Positions 1 to 12,773 of a stretch of DNA of 64,000 nt are shown here, in pieces. Made by a program: the position numbers and the translations under genes. This DNA is from Gracilinanus agilis (lineage: Eukaryota): contig NC_058131.1 in assembly GCF_016433145.1 (NCBI RefSeq), forward strand, positions 575,844,813-575,908,812, written 5' to 3'. The notes beneath the pieces were generated by a model. It saw nothing but the letters and a program-made list of their open reading frames with translations, searched no databases and was not told the DNA's origin. Every line of letters begins with the position of its first letter. Position 1 is the stretch's first letter.

Positions 1-889
1 TAGTGGACAGGAGCCTCAATGGGTGAACAGTGTGATACAATAGCCAAGAAAGGTAAGCTGAACTTAAGGTACTTTAAGAAAGTTATATATCTAAGACTAG
101 TGGAGAATTCTCGTTCAGAAATGGGTTGGGTTGGCTAGTTGTAACTATTTGCTCACGTAACATTCATTAAGTATAATAAAAATGAGTAATCGTAACAATG
201 GTCTCTAATTTTAGCAGCCTTTGAAACAAAGAAATTGCCATTATATTCACTATTTTAAAAAATGGAACCTGTGATTTCATCGATATAAGGGATACTAAAG
301 TATTTTGGGCCACAATCATTCATGAAGACTATCTATGAATAAATGTAAAGGTTGAGTGTTGAATTGTTGAAAAAACTTCAGAGATGAAATAATGAATCTT
401 TTGAGGCTCAAAATTTGAGGTCACTTGTTGCAAAAAGTATACATTTCTTCTTTAAATGTATCCTAAATTAGTACATATTAGAAAGTATAGGCAATAACTA
501 ATTTTTGGGATTAGATCTCCACCACAGGGGTAGGTTCCTCTTGATGAATGTAAGGAGTATTTCCCAAGTTACCATGATATATTCAATGAGAATAGGATGA
601 AAAAGAGTAAAGATATAATCTTAGTGCTGCTGCTAATTTTCCTGCTTGTTTAAGACTAGTAAGGCACATATTAGATCTTGAGGTTAGAGAAGAACATCTC
701 TCCACACGTGTTTTTAGCAATATACCTTTCAATTACAGGCACGAGTGGATAAACTCTAAGGTCCCTTTCAGATCCAAATCTCAAAGCCTATGAAGTTGTT
801 ATATTTACATTCAAAGAGTTATAGGGTCTGTTTATTATATTATTTCAAACATTGTTACCATTAACTTAGAATAGAGAATTTTATTCTAA

Positions 890-1145
890 TAACTAGGTGG
901 TACAGTAGATAGAACACTGGGCCTGGAGTCAGGAAGACTTAAGTTCAAATTCAGCCTCAGAGACATGCTAGCTATAGGAATCTGGGTAAGTCACTTAATC
1001 TTTTTACCTCAGTTTCCTTATCTGTAAAATGGGGAAGATAATAGCATCTACTTTCCAAGGTTATTGTAAGATAAATATGAGATTTGTAAAAGTACTTAGC
1101 ACAGTGCCTGGCACAAAGTTAAGTGCTATACAAATGTTAGCTAAT
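890..1145 (+). mobile_element. MAR1/MIR-type CORE SINE
   Basis: tRNA head, CORE (CCTCAGTTTCCTTATCTGTAAAATGGGG) and L2-like tail (AGCACAGTGCCTGGCAC). Confidence 0.85.
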
Positions 1146-2420
1146 ATTAATTCAACTATAATGGCAACAAAAAGGAAAAGAGTGATTTCTTATTATAATA
1201 AAAAGAGAAAATTTGGTAGAAAGAATGAGAAAGAACTAAAATTTCTCTCAGGAGTTCTCTGTGCCCATGGATAACTGAAAACACCCAATTTTCTTAACTA
1301 AGCAGAAATATTTAGCTATCACAGAAAGGCCATTAAAGACTTCTTAGCTAATATTAACAAAATAATTATTAAAGGCTGAATGTTATATGAACAATAATGA
1401 ATTCTCTAATACATATATGCACATATATAACTAGTACTGTTTGCTTTGTTCAAATTCCAATGGATCTATCTGATATAATAAAGTGCATTTAAAAAAATCA
1501 TATCATGTGAATAATTACTGTTGCCAGAAATTGCATACTCAAAGTTTTCTTCTGGACAAAAATACTAAGTTTTTTTAAAAAAACTTAGATCTTAAGAACT
1601 TACTCAGGGAAAAAAACCATTATCTTGTAAATATCGCATAATGGTCAAAATAGGAACTGAAAAAGGAAGATTCATTTCTATGCTTCTGATGACACAAACA
1701 AAAGGAAGTTGAAAGTATAAATGTTTTCAATTTGACCATCTTACTATATTGGAAAATTGTTTAAATCTGTCCTTATAGTTCCAATGGTACTATTATTACT
1801 GTGTTTTGAGGACAATGAAATAAATATGCAGAACTGTGTAGGAACTTGATTTAAAGGTATTTAGGGGAGAGGGGGAATCTTTTGCTTTTATTCTTTTTCT
1901 GTTAAATTCTTTAAATTTCTTGCTCTTTAAATTTAAGATTTCCTATTCTACACTTACCACTTATGACAATAGCACTGCTGAGATTCAATAATTTTGTCAA
2001 TCCAAAAGGTTTATTATATGACAAAAATGACTTATTATGATAAAGATCCATTATTTATTTGGGGCCATCTCTATTGAAATATTTCAAAATTAGTAATCAA
2101 ATACAAAGGATAGTCAATTCTGACCAACAAGTCAAATGAATTCTCATCATCTGGAAGCTACTATTATTCATTTTTTAAATATGTGAAATGATTGTATATT
2201 AAAATCTGACTCATGAATAAAGCCTCTAGCAAACTGCATAATGAAGATTTTTATTTGGTTCTTAATTTGTAATAATTAAATGTAAGTTCTTTACATTTCA
2301 ATCTTGCTGAATGAAATCAAAACCTTTTAGTTTGGCAATTCAAAGATCACCACAATCTGGTCCCAGATTACCTTTCCGGGTTTATTTCAAATTATTCTCC
2401 TCCAGTCAAAGTAGATTCCT

Positions 2421-2424
2421 TGTT

Positions 2425-2492
<68 letters not shown>
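2421..2492. repeat. (CATATA)n hexamer microsatellite
   Basis: About 11 units; source of the poly-HI and poly-CI ORFs. Confidence 0.95.
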
Positions 2493-2493
<1 letters not shown>

Positions 2494-2949
2494 CTCCCAT
2501 GTTTAATCACTTTAAGTCTTTTGCTAATGCTGTTCCTTAAGCCTAGAAGATTCTTCCTCTCACATCCACCCCAACACAGTTGATTAATCCAGTTCAAACC
2601 CTCACCTCCTTCAAGAAGCCTTCCTAAATTTGTCCCCTTCAAAAATTTTTTTTCCTATCAGGATTTAACAAGCACTTTATTCTCTATATACTTAAGTTTT
2701 ATTTGATATTTTAGTTGTGAGTGTTGTATTCTTCTGACCAAAATTTAAAGTACATGAAAGTTGGGGTATTCATCTTTATATTTATTCCCTAGCACAACTG
2801 ATTATATAAAGTAGCTATTGAATAATTCTTGAAATGGCTGCTTCCTATACTGAACTGCTACAAATTCAGAAGTAACCTATCATCCTGAGGAAGTAAATAT
2901 CAACTTTAGTAAAACATAAATTAAAACACTATACTATCCTTAATCTTTA

Positions 2950-4623
2950 CCTCTAATTTATTCTCTTTCTGTATTCCCTGGCTGCTTCCTTCTCTCCTAC
3001 GGCAATCCATTTACTTCTATACCTTCAATGATCACTTCTATGTAGATCTCAAATCTCTTATCTGTTATCCTGATTTGCCTTCCAAGACGAATTTGTATAT
3101 CCAATTATCTACAAAACATCTTATCCAATACCTCAAACTAAACATCTCCTACCAAAGCTTACCTTCTGCCAATAATCTATTGACTTCCTAATTTGTCTTC
3201 TTAGAATACTTACACCATAGTCCCTTCCCCCAACCATTCATCGGAAATCTTTTAACTTATTTTTTTACCAAAAACAGAGCCCTTTTCAAAAGTTCCCTAT
3301 TCTCCCCTCCTAATCTTCCAACCCTTTATTTCCCCCAACTATTTTTTTTTAATCTCTCTGAAGTGGCTCTATTCCTCACTAAAAACAATCCCATAATGTG
3401 TACTTATGATCCCATACCCAGAAATTTATAGTCTCCAGCAGATTGCTCCCATTATTATCCCTTCATTTTCCAATCTTCAATCTTCCCCTAACTATTGGTT
3501 TCCTCCTGGAGCCTACAAAATCTGCCTGTTTCCTCCTTACCTTTAAAAAATAAAAATATCCCACCATCCTTGCTGTCTTCCGTTATCTCTCCTCTTTCAG
3601 TCAATTCTTTGAAAAAAAGCCACCTTTACTCAGTGCCTCTGCTTTTTCTCCTTTTATTTTCTAAACTCTTTGAAATCTGACTTCAGAACTCATGTAGCAA
3701 AGTTATGAAGTATCTCTTTAACTGCTAAATCAAAAGACTTCTTGATCCTCATCTTCCTTGATCTCTCTACAGTACTGATGACCACTCTATTTCTGAATAA
3801 CCTTTTCACAATACTTTCTCCTGATTCTTATCCTACCTCTCTGACTACTGCTTCTTTTGTCTTTTAGTTGTTCATGAACCATGTCCTTCTCACTAACGAG
3901 GTTAGAGATCTCATTAGCTCCAAATATTTTCATATTTATCTCTACCATGTACATTTTCTTTCTTCTCACAACCACTATTGTAGCTGAAGCCTTCATTGCC
4001 TCTTGCCTGGAATATTGCAAGATAGAGAAGTCTCTATCTTGTTTTCCAACCTCAGGCTTCTTGTCACATTAATCTATACTTCAAAAGCTACCAAAGGGAT
4101 TTTTCCTAAAGCTCTGGTCTGACCATGCCACCCTCCCCTCGCACACCCAGTTAACTCCAACAGCTCCTCCCTTTACCTCTAGGATCAAATATAAACTCCT
4201 TTATGTGGTAATTAAAGCTATTTGAAATCTGATCCTTTCCTACCTTTTCAGTCTTATTATACTCTCTTTCCCTCCAACCATTTACATAATCCAGCTATAT
4301 TGGTATACTTGGTGTCTTCCACACAAGAAGCTCCATTCTCCAATCTCCATGTCTCTGTATTGGCTGTCCAGAATACCTATGTAATGCCTTCCTTACCTCT
4401 ACCTCAATGGACCCCTGACCTGCTAGTGCATTTTTTCTCAAAACTATTTTGTATTCATTATATGTATTTTTACTTATATTCATATTTATAGGTATATACT
4501 GTTTCTTCTGTTAGAATGTAAACTCTTTGAGGACAGGGGCAGCTTTGCTTCTTTGTATATGCAGGATTTAGCAAAAAACCTGGCATACAGTAGGGGCTTA
4601 ATAAATACCTGGTTGATTAACTG
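2950..4623 (+). mobile_element. L2 LINE fragment
   Basis: CT-rich L2 body ending CCTGGCATACAGTAGGGGCTTAATAAATACCTGGTTGATT. Confidence 0.78.
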
Positions 4624-4883
4624 AATTATTTCTGTCAGTGGCACCATTGCAGTTTCCTATTCAAAATCTTGGAGCAGATTTTATATACAAGAACTGGGGA
4701 AGAGTAGAGTCAATCAGTTACCAAGTCCTGCTTATTATACTTCCAAACTTCTGCTTTTCTTTCAGGGTGACTCTTAACATCAACTTAGTACAGACCCTCA
4801 TCACCACCTAGTTAAATTACTGTAAAAACCCTCCAAAAATGTCTTCCTATCTCTAGTTTTTTCCCCCTCCAATCAATCCTTCA

Positions 4884-5058
4884 TACTAGCAAACCACTGC
4901 TCAAGGGCCAAATTTAACCTGCTGCCTGTTTTTTCTGTAGGGCCTACAAACTGAGGATAATTTTTACATTTTTGAAGACAATAAAACTTTATTTAAACAT
5001 GTAAAAATCATTCTTAGCTTGTAGGTCAAACAAAAACAGGCAACTGTAGTTTGCCTGA
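4884..5058. mobile_element. MER58/Cheshire-like hAT MITE remnant
   Basis: GGGCCAAATTTAACCTGCTGCCTGTTTTT ... GGATAATTTTTACATTTTT ... GTAGTTTGCC resembles the recalled MER58 consensus. Confidence 0.6.
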
Positions 5059-5619
5059 ATAACACTCACTATTGCCTGACTAATCTTCCTTATGTACAAA
5101 TCTAGACATGTCACAATACTGCTGAAAACTCCTCAATAGCTCTTCATTCCCTACCAAATAAAATTTAAGCCCTTTTACCTGGCTTTCAAGGTCCTACAAT
5201 TGTCTGATACCTCTCTTTCTGACACTACATACTATTCCCTTCAAGTACTTCTAAGGCTAGTCAGACTGCACTATTCATCTCCATTTCATGTTCTGTTCTT
5301 TTCTATTTTGATGCATGTGTGCATGCTATTTTCCATTTGGAATGGCCTGCCTTTGACCCTCAGTCCCAAAGTTGGTTGAATTCTTAACTTCCCTTAAAAA
5401 AACAACTCATGACATTTTCTCTATCTCCCAGACAACTCTAGCACTTTGACTTTTGCTCTTTGATGTACTCTTCATCAATCATTGTGGTTTATAGTTACTT
5501 CTTCATATGTGTCATACTAGCATTAGCATGAACACTCCATGAGGAAAGGGCTAAGGCCTTACCTAAAATTTATGTTCTTGTACTCAGTAGTGCCCTAAAC
5601 ACTTAAAAAATGTTAATTG

Positions 5620-5823
5620 AGGGAGCAGCCTGGTAGCACAGTGGATTGAAAGCCAGGCCTAGAGATGGGAGGTCCTAGGTCAAATCTGGCCTTAGATACT
5701 TCCTAGCTGTGTGACCCTACACAAGTCATTTAACCCCCATTGCCTAGTCCTTATTGCTCTTCTGCCTTGGAACCAATACATAGTATTGATTTTAAGATGG
5801 AAGGTAAGGGTTTTTTTTTAAAA
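5620..5823 (+). mobile_element. SINE1_Mdo-type tRNA-derived SINE (long tail)
   Basis: Head GGGAGCAGCCTGGTAGCACAGTGG, core GTGTGACCC..CAAGTCA, tail GGAAGGTAAGGGTTT; imperfect TSD ..TTAATTGA. Confidence 0.9.
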
Positions 5824-6264
5824 AAGATTAATTGACCTGAACTCTTAAAAACTCTTAAAAACCATTTTTGGTGGAAAACAAATCAAACAGATAAGGGCCT
5901 GATGACATCATTAAGATTAGGGAAAACTTGCTTTGTTACTCTGGGAAAGTCATATTTGGGGATTTTTAAGTATAAAGTAATACTACAAATGCAGTTTCTA
6001 ATATGTGAATCACAGTGGCATAGTCTGTGATAATGAGTTCCACAAAAGTCTTTGTTTTTAACAAAATATGAATCATTATTTAAATGTAAAAAAAAAAGAA
6101 AACATTTCAAAACAAATTCCTATCTGAGGTATGTGTTCACTGTTCTAAAATATTACTAAGCATAAAAGATAAATTTTAAATCTTTTTTCCACAAGAGTTT
6201 TGCATATTAGTAAAATGTTACTGATTTCTATCAGTAACTGTTTCACTGTTGAAAAAACATTTAA

Positions 6265-6399
6265 ATCTGGCCTCAGACACTTCCTACCTGTGTGACCCTA
6301 AACAAATTATTTAATCCCAATTGCCTAGCCCTTACCACTCTTCTGCCTTGGAACCCAAACCTAGTATTGATTTGAGTCCTGAAAGAATTTTTAAAGAAA
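6265..6399 (+). mobile_element. 5'-truncated SINE1_Mdo-type
   Basis: Perfect 14-bp TSD GAAAAAACATTTAA (6251-6264 and 6400-6413). Confidence 0.88.
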
Positions 6400-7166
6400 G
6401 AAAAAACATTTAATAATAATATGTGAAATATGGAGTTACTATTGAGATCTTATCAGAGTCCTTAAAGAAGCCAGTCAGGAATTTGTCTGCTTAACTCTAG
6501 GCTGTTCATGGAAAGGCTTCTCCAAATAAAAACTAATTTACTTCAGGAAAGGTAAATTCATGCATTATAATTTTTGAAGGGACTGTTTTGTTGTATATAT
6601 ATCCCTACCGTCAAGCAAATGTCCTAGCCTATAGTATGTGCTTAATAAATGCTAGTTAATTGCCAATCTCATGCCCCCCCCAAAGAAAAGAGTAAGATTA
6701 TCCTTATAAATTCAAACATAAGTTTAAATGAGTTTGATTTCCAGACCACTAAGATTCCCACAGGGTCATCCAAATGATTTACACCAAAGTCCAGGATGCA
6801 AATCATAAAAGCAAAATATTTTTTTAAATTCCATTCTCTTATTGGTGGACATTTATTCAGTAGTCACAATATTATTTGAAAAAATCTTTGGAATCTTTGG
6901 TTAGGGGGATGGGTGTAGAAAATGGAAAAAATAAAACAGGCAATCTCCAGAGAAGGCCCTTTGCCCTTTTGAAATAGTTTCTAAACCAAAAAATTTATGG
7001 ATCATCAACTAAAGGTGTTTTTTGATTTTTATGCTAAAAATACTCCAACTCTAAAGCAAGAAATTGGTGGGGACAGGGTATGAATTCCCAAGAATATCGT
7101 GAGGATCTAATTTACCATACTACTCAAAATCATCCTTTAAAAAAGCATAACAAAATATTAACTTAC

Positions 7167-7337
7167 TTTAAAAGTCTATAATATGCAAACCGGAAGACCT
7201 CTTGGATAATGACAGAGCACAAAACTCCGAAGATGAGCAAACCTCTCTGCACTGATTCATTTTTGGTGGAACTAATGGTTACTGCAATGAACCAAATGAG
7301 GGAGGAGAGCAGCAGAGACACCAACCAGAAGAATGCT
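7167..7337 (-). CDS. APH1B: APH1B exon 2, AFFWLVSLLLSSLIWFIAVTISSTKNESVQRGLLIFGVLCSVIIQEVFRFAYYRLLK
   Basis: 171 nt bounded by ttttcag| and |gtaagt; phase continues exon 1; contains the APH-1 motifs AFFWLVSLL and QExFRFAYY. Confidence 0.96.
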
Positions 7338-7849
7338 CTGAAAATTTTAAAAATTTACAAATATAGTTTAAGAATTCACAATAATGAAATGCATTAAAAA
7401 AAAAAAAACACCACCTTAATCTACTTGGGAAGTCCAGAGTTTAAAATTTTTAAAAATTAGAATGATGCTCTAGAACATCCATCATTAAAAGATTTATTCT
7501 AAACTTTAAACCTCCAAAATTATTTAAAAATGTTAATCAACTTTAATTTACAAAATAAACATCACACAGTCACTTGGGTAAGGGAAATAACTCTAAAAGG
7601 TGGGGGGGGGGGTGAGTGCTCCAGGATGGCCTTCTTGATCTACCATATATACATATAAAATATATTTATAATAAGGGGGCGAGAGAGTTTTCAAAACTCT
7701 ATATCTATTCAAGAAAGGAGCTGAAGAATCTTTCTAGAGCGTTGCTGAAGGATGGTTTCCGCCCCCATTCAAACCCTGCCTCCGTGAGATTATGATTTAT
7801 CACCATCCCAGGAAATGGGATAACTGGGTGTTTGCAAAAGGCATCCCCG

Positions 7850-8900
7850 GGATCGGGGATGGGGGATGGGTTGTGACACTCGTAACCCTTTCGGGGATCC
7901 ACGATCCTCTTTTGGGGGGCAGGCCTCAGAGGAGGTGAAGCCCTTGGCCCCGCCTCACGGGGAGGCCCTAGGGAGGTGGGGTCTTGGCTCTCCCCTCCTG
8001 CCCCTCCCCCCAAAGGCTGGCAGGGCCGGCCCCGCGGGCTGCCCGGGCCCCCCCGCCCGCACCGCGCTGCGACAGAGAGCGCTGAGGGTAGCGGCGCGAG
8101 GCCGGCCACGGCTTCGCTATGGGTTGGGTCAGGTCGGGCCCGCTGGGCCACCTCAGCCTCAGCTTCGGCCTCACCCGGCGATGAGGAAGATGATTCTCAG
8201 CGGGTCAGACGCGATGGTGAAGACGTAGAGAGCGAGGGCAGGCCCAAAGGCGATGCAGGTGCAGCCGAAGAACACGGCAGCCGTCATGGCGGCCCGGGGC
8301 AGCAGAGACTAGGCGAAGGCGGCGCGCGGCTGCTCGAGGCGGCCCTGGTTGTGCCGAGTTGCCCAGCCCTGGGCCGGCGCGAGACTGGGGCGGGGGCGGG
8401 GGCGGGGGAGGAGGGGGCGGTGTCTGGCAGAGCCCAGGTGAGCGGGCGGCCTACCGCACCCCCCTCACCCCAATCTCCAGAGAGGTAGCGGAGCTTCCAG
8501 AGAATGCCCGCTACAAGAGCGCCCTCCCCCCGCCACGGCCGCCATGTAACCCCGCCCCCTGGCCCCGCCCCCACACGCCACGGAGACGGCTTCACTACAC
8601 AGCATCCAGGCCTCCCTGAGGGGAAATACCCCTAGGGGAGCGCGGCGGGAAAAGTCTGCTGTGTGGTCTCTGCCTACCCTTACTTAGATCACTCTGGGCT
8701 CTATTAATAGTCATCTTGAGTCAGAGCCGTCACTACCTTTCCACTTCTCCCCACGCAAACTTGTCGCATTAAGGGAAGGGACGCGGGAGAACATCGGTGT
8801 GCTTGTGTTAGCCACAAACTTTACTCTCCCGGCTTCTGAAACAGTCCCCGTGGTAATAAAGAGCTTTAGAGATGCAGAAACTGGTTTTCCTATCCTAGAG
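7850..8900 (-). promoter_or_regulatory. CpG island / APH1B promoter with tandem GC boxes, a YY1-like site (GCCGCCATGT ~8538-8547) and an AP-1 site (TGAGTCA 8717-8723)
   Basis: Only strongly GC- and CpG-rich stretch in the window; it spans exon 1. Repeated GGGGCGGGG at 8387-8420. Motifs read by eye; the TSS cannot be located. Confidence 0.85.
8175..8287 (-). CDS. APH1B: APH1B exon 1 (gamma-secretase subunit APH-1B), MTAAVFFGCTCIAFGPALALYVFTIASDPLRIIFLIAG
   Basis: Manual translation of the minus strand from GCCGCCATG at 8287; 113 nt ending at GG|GTGAGG. Matches the recalled human APH1B N-terminus (MTAAVFFGCAFIAFGPALALYVFTIATEPLRIIFLIAG) better than APH1A. Confidence 0.96.
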
Positions 8901-10062
8901 TCGGCGAACTTGTTTAAAAACATTTTTTTTATAACTATTTCAATATAACTGCTTTCCTTTAGTCCTGTACATTTTACTTCATGTCCCTAAATATATTCTG
9001 AGAAGAGGGCCATAGGCGTCCCCAGACTACCAACGGGGATGCACAAAAACACAGCAAAGATTGAGAATCACCTTCCTCAGACCAATGTCCTCCTTTGGGG
9101 GGATGCAAAATGAGGAAACTGGGCTTAGACAGATAAAGGGACTTGGCAGGGTCAGGCAGGTCTGAAGAAAACAGCAAACTTTGCATAATATAGTAAGTCA
9201 TTATTCTGCTTTTCTTCCTTTTTTTTTTTGAGATACCTTTGAAAATTATGGTATATTGGTGCCTTAACTGTAATGCTATGCTTGGGAATTCATGCCTTTT
9301 CGCCTCCAATTCTCTGCCCCAAACATATGAATAGTTACATAAAAATATTAAATACATTTAAGCAATGACTCAGATAGTTTGAAGTTTTTAAACTACTTTT
9401 TAAAAGTACTTTTATAACTACTTAAAACTACATCTTTATGGAATTCCAATACTCCATTCATTTCCACTTGCCAACACAAAAAATATAAAGTGTTGTACTA
9501 GAAACCCAGGGCTGCTTCTATTATTTAAAGCAAAAGCTTTCTACAGTATGTTAACTATAAAAGTTTCCCATTTTTTGGAAAGGCACAAGCCAATATTGAA
9601 AGAAGACTTGAGAGGGAAGGCAGTAGGAAAATGGGAGAAACATAGTATAGAAAACCAATTTCCACAATTTGAGTGTATGTGTTTGTTTTTATTGGAGGAT
9701 GGAGGTGGGAAAGGAACACGCATTTATTAAGTGCCCTCTGTGCCGCTAAGAGCTTTACAAATATTTCTTTTTTGTTCTAAAATTAAGCATTGTAAATGTC
9801 CACATTTGTAAAGTCTTCTGAGTCATCATCTGTAAAATAATTATCCTCCACTCACACAAAGATTTTTAAAGGATTACTGTGCATTTGCACTTTGTAAATT
9901 CAAATGATTCTTTTTGAATACTCAAAAGCAGAACCTCAGAATTTCAGTCCCCTAACATGGCAGTGTATTAAAAAAAAATACAACACCTTTCATCATTCAT
10001 AACTAATGGAAAACAAAGTAATTTTGTAAACTAAGGAAGTAGTTATTAAAAATAAATCATGG

Positions 10063-10269
10063 GGGGCAGCTGGGTAGCTCAGTGGATTGAGAGCCAGGCC
10101 TAGAGATGGGAGGTCCTAGGTTCAAATCTGGACTCAGACACTTCCCAGCTGTGTGACCTTGGGCAAGTCACTTGACCCCCATTGCCTACCCTTACCACTC
10201 TTCCACCAAGGAACTAATACACAGAAGTTAAGGGTTTAAAAATATTTAAAACAAAAAAAAAGATTAAAA
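10063..10269 (+). mobile_element. SINE1_Mdo-type (short-tail, young)
   Basis: Full head and core; 15-bp TSD AAAAATAAATC(A/G)TGG. Confidence 0.92.
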
Positions 10270-10459
10270 AAAAATAAATCGTGGCCCATGTTCTAAAAAA
10301 GTACGCATCACTGAAAAATTACAATAAAGCATAAGAAATATGTTCGAATGGCACTTAAAGCTAAGAAACTAGTTTATTCTCTTAAAAGTTGGCAATAGGG
10401 AAGTTATAGGCAAATAGGACAAAGTCTTGACTTAAGGGTACTAGAAGTTGTTTATTATT

Positions 10460-10670
10460 CAGTTGAGTATAATTCTTACTGACTCCATATGGAGTTTTCT
10501 TGGCAAAGATAGTGTATTTGTTTGCTGTTTCCTTCTCCACTGTATTAAGGCACAGAGATTAAGTGATTTGCTTAGGGTTACACAACTAGTGACTGGCTGA
10601 GGCCATATTTAAATTCAAGTCTTTCTGATTCCAGGCCTAGCGCTCTATTCTCGGAGTCATCTAGCTAACT
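10460..10670 (-). mobile_element. MAR1-type SINE
   Basis: TTTTCTTGGCAAAGAT ... TTTCCTTCTCCA ... AAGTGATTTGCTTAGGGTTACAC ... CTCTATTC. Confidence 0.75.
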
Positions 10671-11123
10671 CCCAGAACAGTCAAGATCTTTAAAAGCCAC
10701 ATTAGGAGAATTTAATCTTCCTACTATCTTGACCTTCCAAGAGAGAGAACTAGGCAAAATTTGAGTATATTCCCGCTTCACATCCTTTCACTTCAGTAAA
10801 TGCCAACTATATTTTAACACAGTGCTAGAAGTTGGGAATACAACAAATAAGAGACATGCCTTTAAGAATCTTAATTGAATCACAAGAGATAAGTACACAA
10901 ATAAGTACATTAGATTACTGTAAGTGCAAATCAAAGTTTGCTGCAAGGAAAGCATCCTTTTCCTTGTAAATGATGAAACACTAATGCTGTATAAATATTT
11001 GCCATCATCTTTTGAAAGTAATGTTACTGACCAAAGCATCAGTGATCACTAGCTAAGAGCAAGTGCTACAATGACTGTGAAGCCCTCATGTAGAAAAGGA
11101 CAGGAGATGCCATTGACCTCTAC

Positions 11124-11345
11124 CAGTAATGGCAAACCTTTTAGAGACTGAGTGCCCAAACTGCAACCTTCATGCCACATGTGAGCTGTCCCTTACCCCA
11201 GACAAGGGAGGGAGGAAGTGCTCCCATTGGGCTGCTGGGCAGAGGGTGGGTGATGGGAGAAATGTCCTCAGGTGTGAGGAGAAGGAAAGGGGAACTTCCC
11301 CCTCTGGCACATGCCAGCACATGTGCCATAGGTTCACCAATACAA
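11124..11345 (+). mobile_element. hAT MITE, family B (TIR CAGTGATGGCGAACCT-like), copy 1
   Basis: Left TIR CAGTAATGGCAAACCT; degenerate right TIR AGGTTCACCAATACAA; 8-bp TSD ACCTCTAC/ACCTATAC. Confidence 0.88.
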
Positions 11346-11676
11346 ACCTATACCGATTCATCTAGGAATCCCATTTTCAACAAAGTTGGGATGAAGGGAA
11401 GGGAAGAGGAAACTTGGGAGTTAGGGTGACAGAAATCTCAGAGGTCTACCAACTAAGGCTGCCAGCTGATAATGGAGACCACTACATTAAAAATTGGACT
11501 TCTCAGTTGCCTTCACAGTAATGCTCATTAATTTATTTGCATAGATTCATAGACTCTTATTGTTTCCCTAATAAAAAGGAGAGCATCTTAAAAAGTTAGG
11601 ATTTAGAGTAGTTTATAGCCATAGAATAGATTAAAGCTAACTGAATCATATGGGAATTAACCTAAAGGTCTCAGTA

Positions 11677-11680
<4 letters not shown>

Positions 11681-11723
<43 letters not shown>

Positions 11724-11742
11724 GTATATATATATATATACA
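11681..11742. repeat. (TA)n microsatellite
   Basis: Direct reading. Confidence 0.95.
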
Positions 11743-12584
11743 CATAGTATCGATAGTACAAAAAATCTTTAAAAAAAATCAGACTAACACAAGATAAAGA
11801 ATGACAAATTGTCATTAAATACTCTTGGAAATTAAACTGAGTCTTTCACTCAGAGCAATTCTGGACTTCTGAAAAGTACAATGCAAGAGGAAAGGGGAAT
11901 ATGATGACTACAAAATAAGAAAGTAGGTCATAAGGAAAGATAAACTATTATTTAATTTCTTTGGAAAGTAGCCAAGTTAATTCCTTGTTTGTTCCCTATA
12001 TACACTGCCAGAAAACCAAGAAATATTACCATGAAGCTGAATATATTCAGACATATAAATATATATATTTTTAAAACATATAACACCAAATACAAAATGA
12101 TAGCAGTTTTACTTAACTATCTCAGGAACAATTTATCAATATAGGATCTTACAAGCTTTATTAGATAAATCAAAATGCTATTTCATATGATTACAGAATA
12201 TTGAAGTTGAGAAGACCCTTGGAAATCATCAAGTTCATCTCTCTCATTTTGCAGGCAAAGGGGTCTGAAATCCAGAGATGGGGTGACTTGTGTAAGGTCA
12301 CATAGAGGCAAAACCAGGTTTAGACACTGATTCCCAATCCTGTGCTATGTGCACTATACTATTCTAGCTCAGATGATCTGAACATTTTAAATTGCATAGG
12401 GCATGTAGTTTAAATATCTACTTTCTCTAAAATTCTAAGCATAAACATAGTAGTTGCTATGTTTATCATATTTGAAATTCTTTAATTTTTTTTCCTGGTC
12501 CCATTACTATTACAACAAAAAATAGGAAAGAATAGTCAAATAAGGTTGTCTGATTTTTTTTTTTAACACTATTAAGTATTAACT

Positions 12585-12773
12585 TAAAAAAGATGAATAC
12601 CTTCCATCCTAGAATCAATACTTTCAATTGATTCTAAGACAAAAGAATGAAAAGGGCAAGGGGGTTAAGTGAGTTGCCCAGGGTCACACAGCTGAGAAAG
12701 GTCTGAGGTCACATTTGAACCTAGGACCTTGTCTCTAGGTCTGGTTTTCTATCCACCAAGCCACTCACTGCCC
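12585..12773 (-). mobile_element. SINE1_Mdo-type, diverged
   Basis: Reverse complement of head, core and tail (cttccatcctagaatc ... gttgcccagggtcacacagct ... ctgcc). Confidence 0.85.

Noticed and set aside
2311-2642. Poly-HI and poly-CI ORFs
   Set aside because: Translations of the (CATATA)n microsatellite.
1-7166. APH1B exon 3 (expected KASEGL..MRLLAY-like)
   Set aside because: No matching sequence found by eye; it is probably left of the window.
7209-7397. 62-aa plus-strand ORF
   Set aside because: Antisense shadow of APH1B exon 2.
8284-8595. 103-codon minus ORF whose TGA overlaps the APH1B ATG (ATGA)
   Set aside because: It starts at GTG, and the overlap follows automatically from ATG-ACG; no independent support.
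7705-8619. Multiple 68-170 aa GC-rich ORFs around the APH1B promoter
   Set aside because: Low-complexity Pro/Gly/Arg products expected in a CpG island; the true exon is only 113 nt and is missing from the ORF track.
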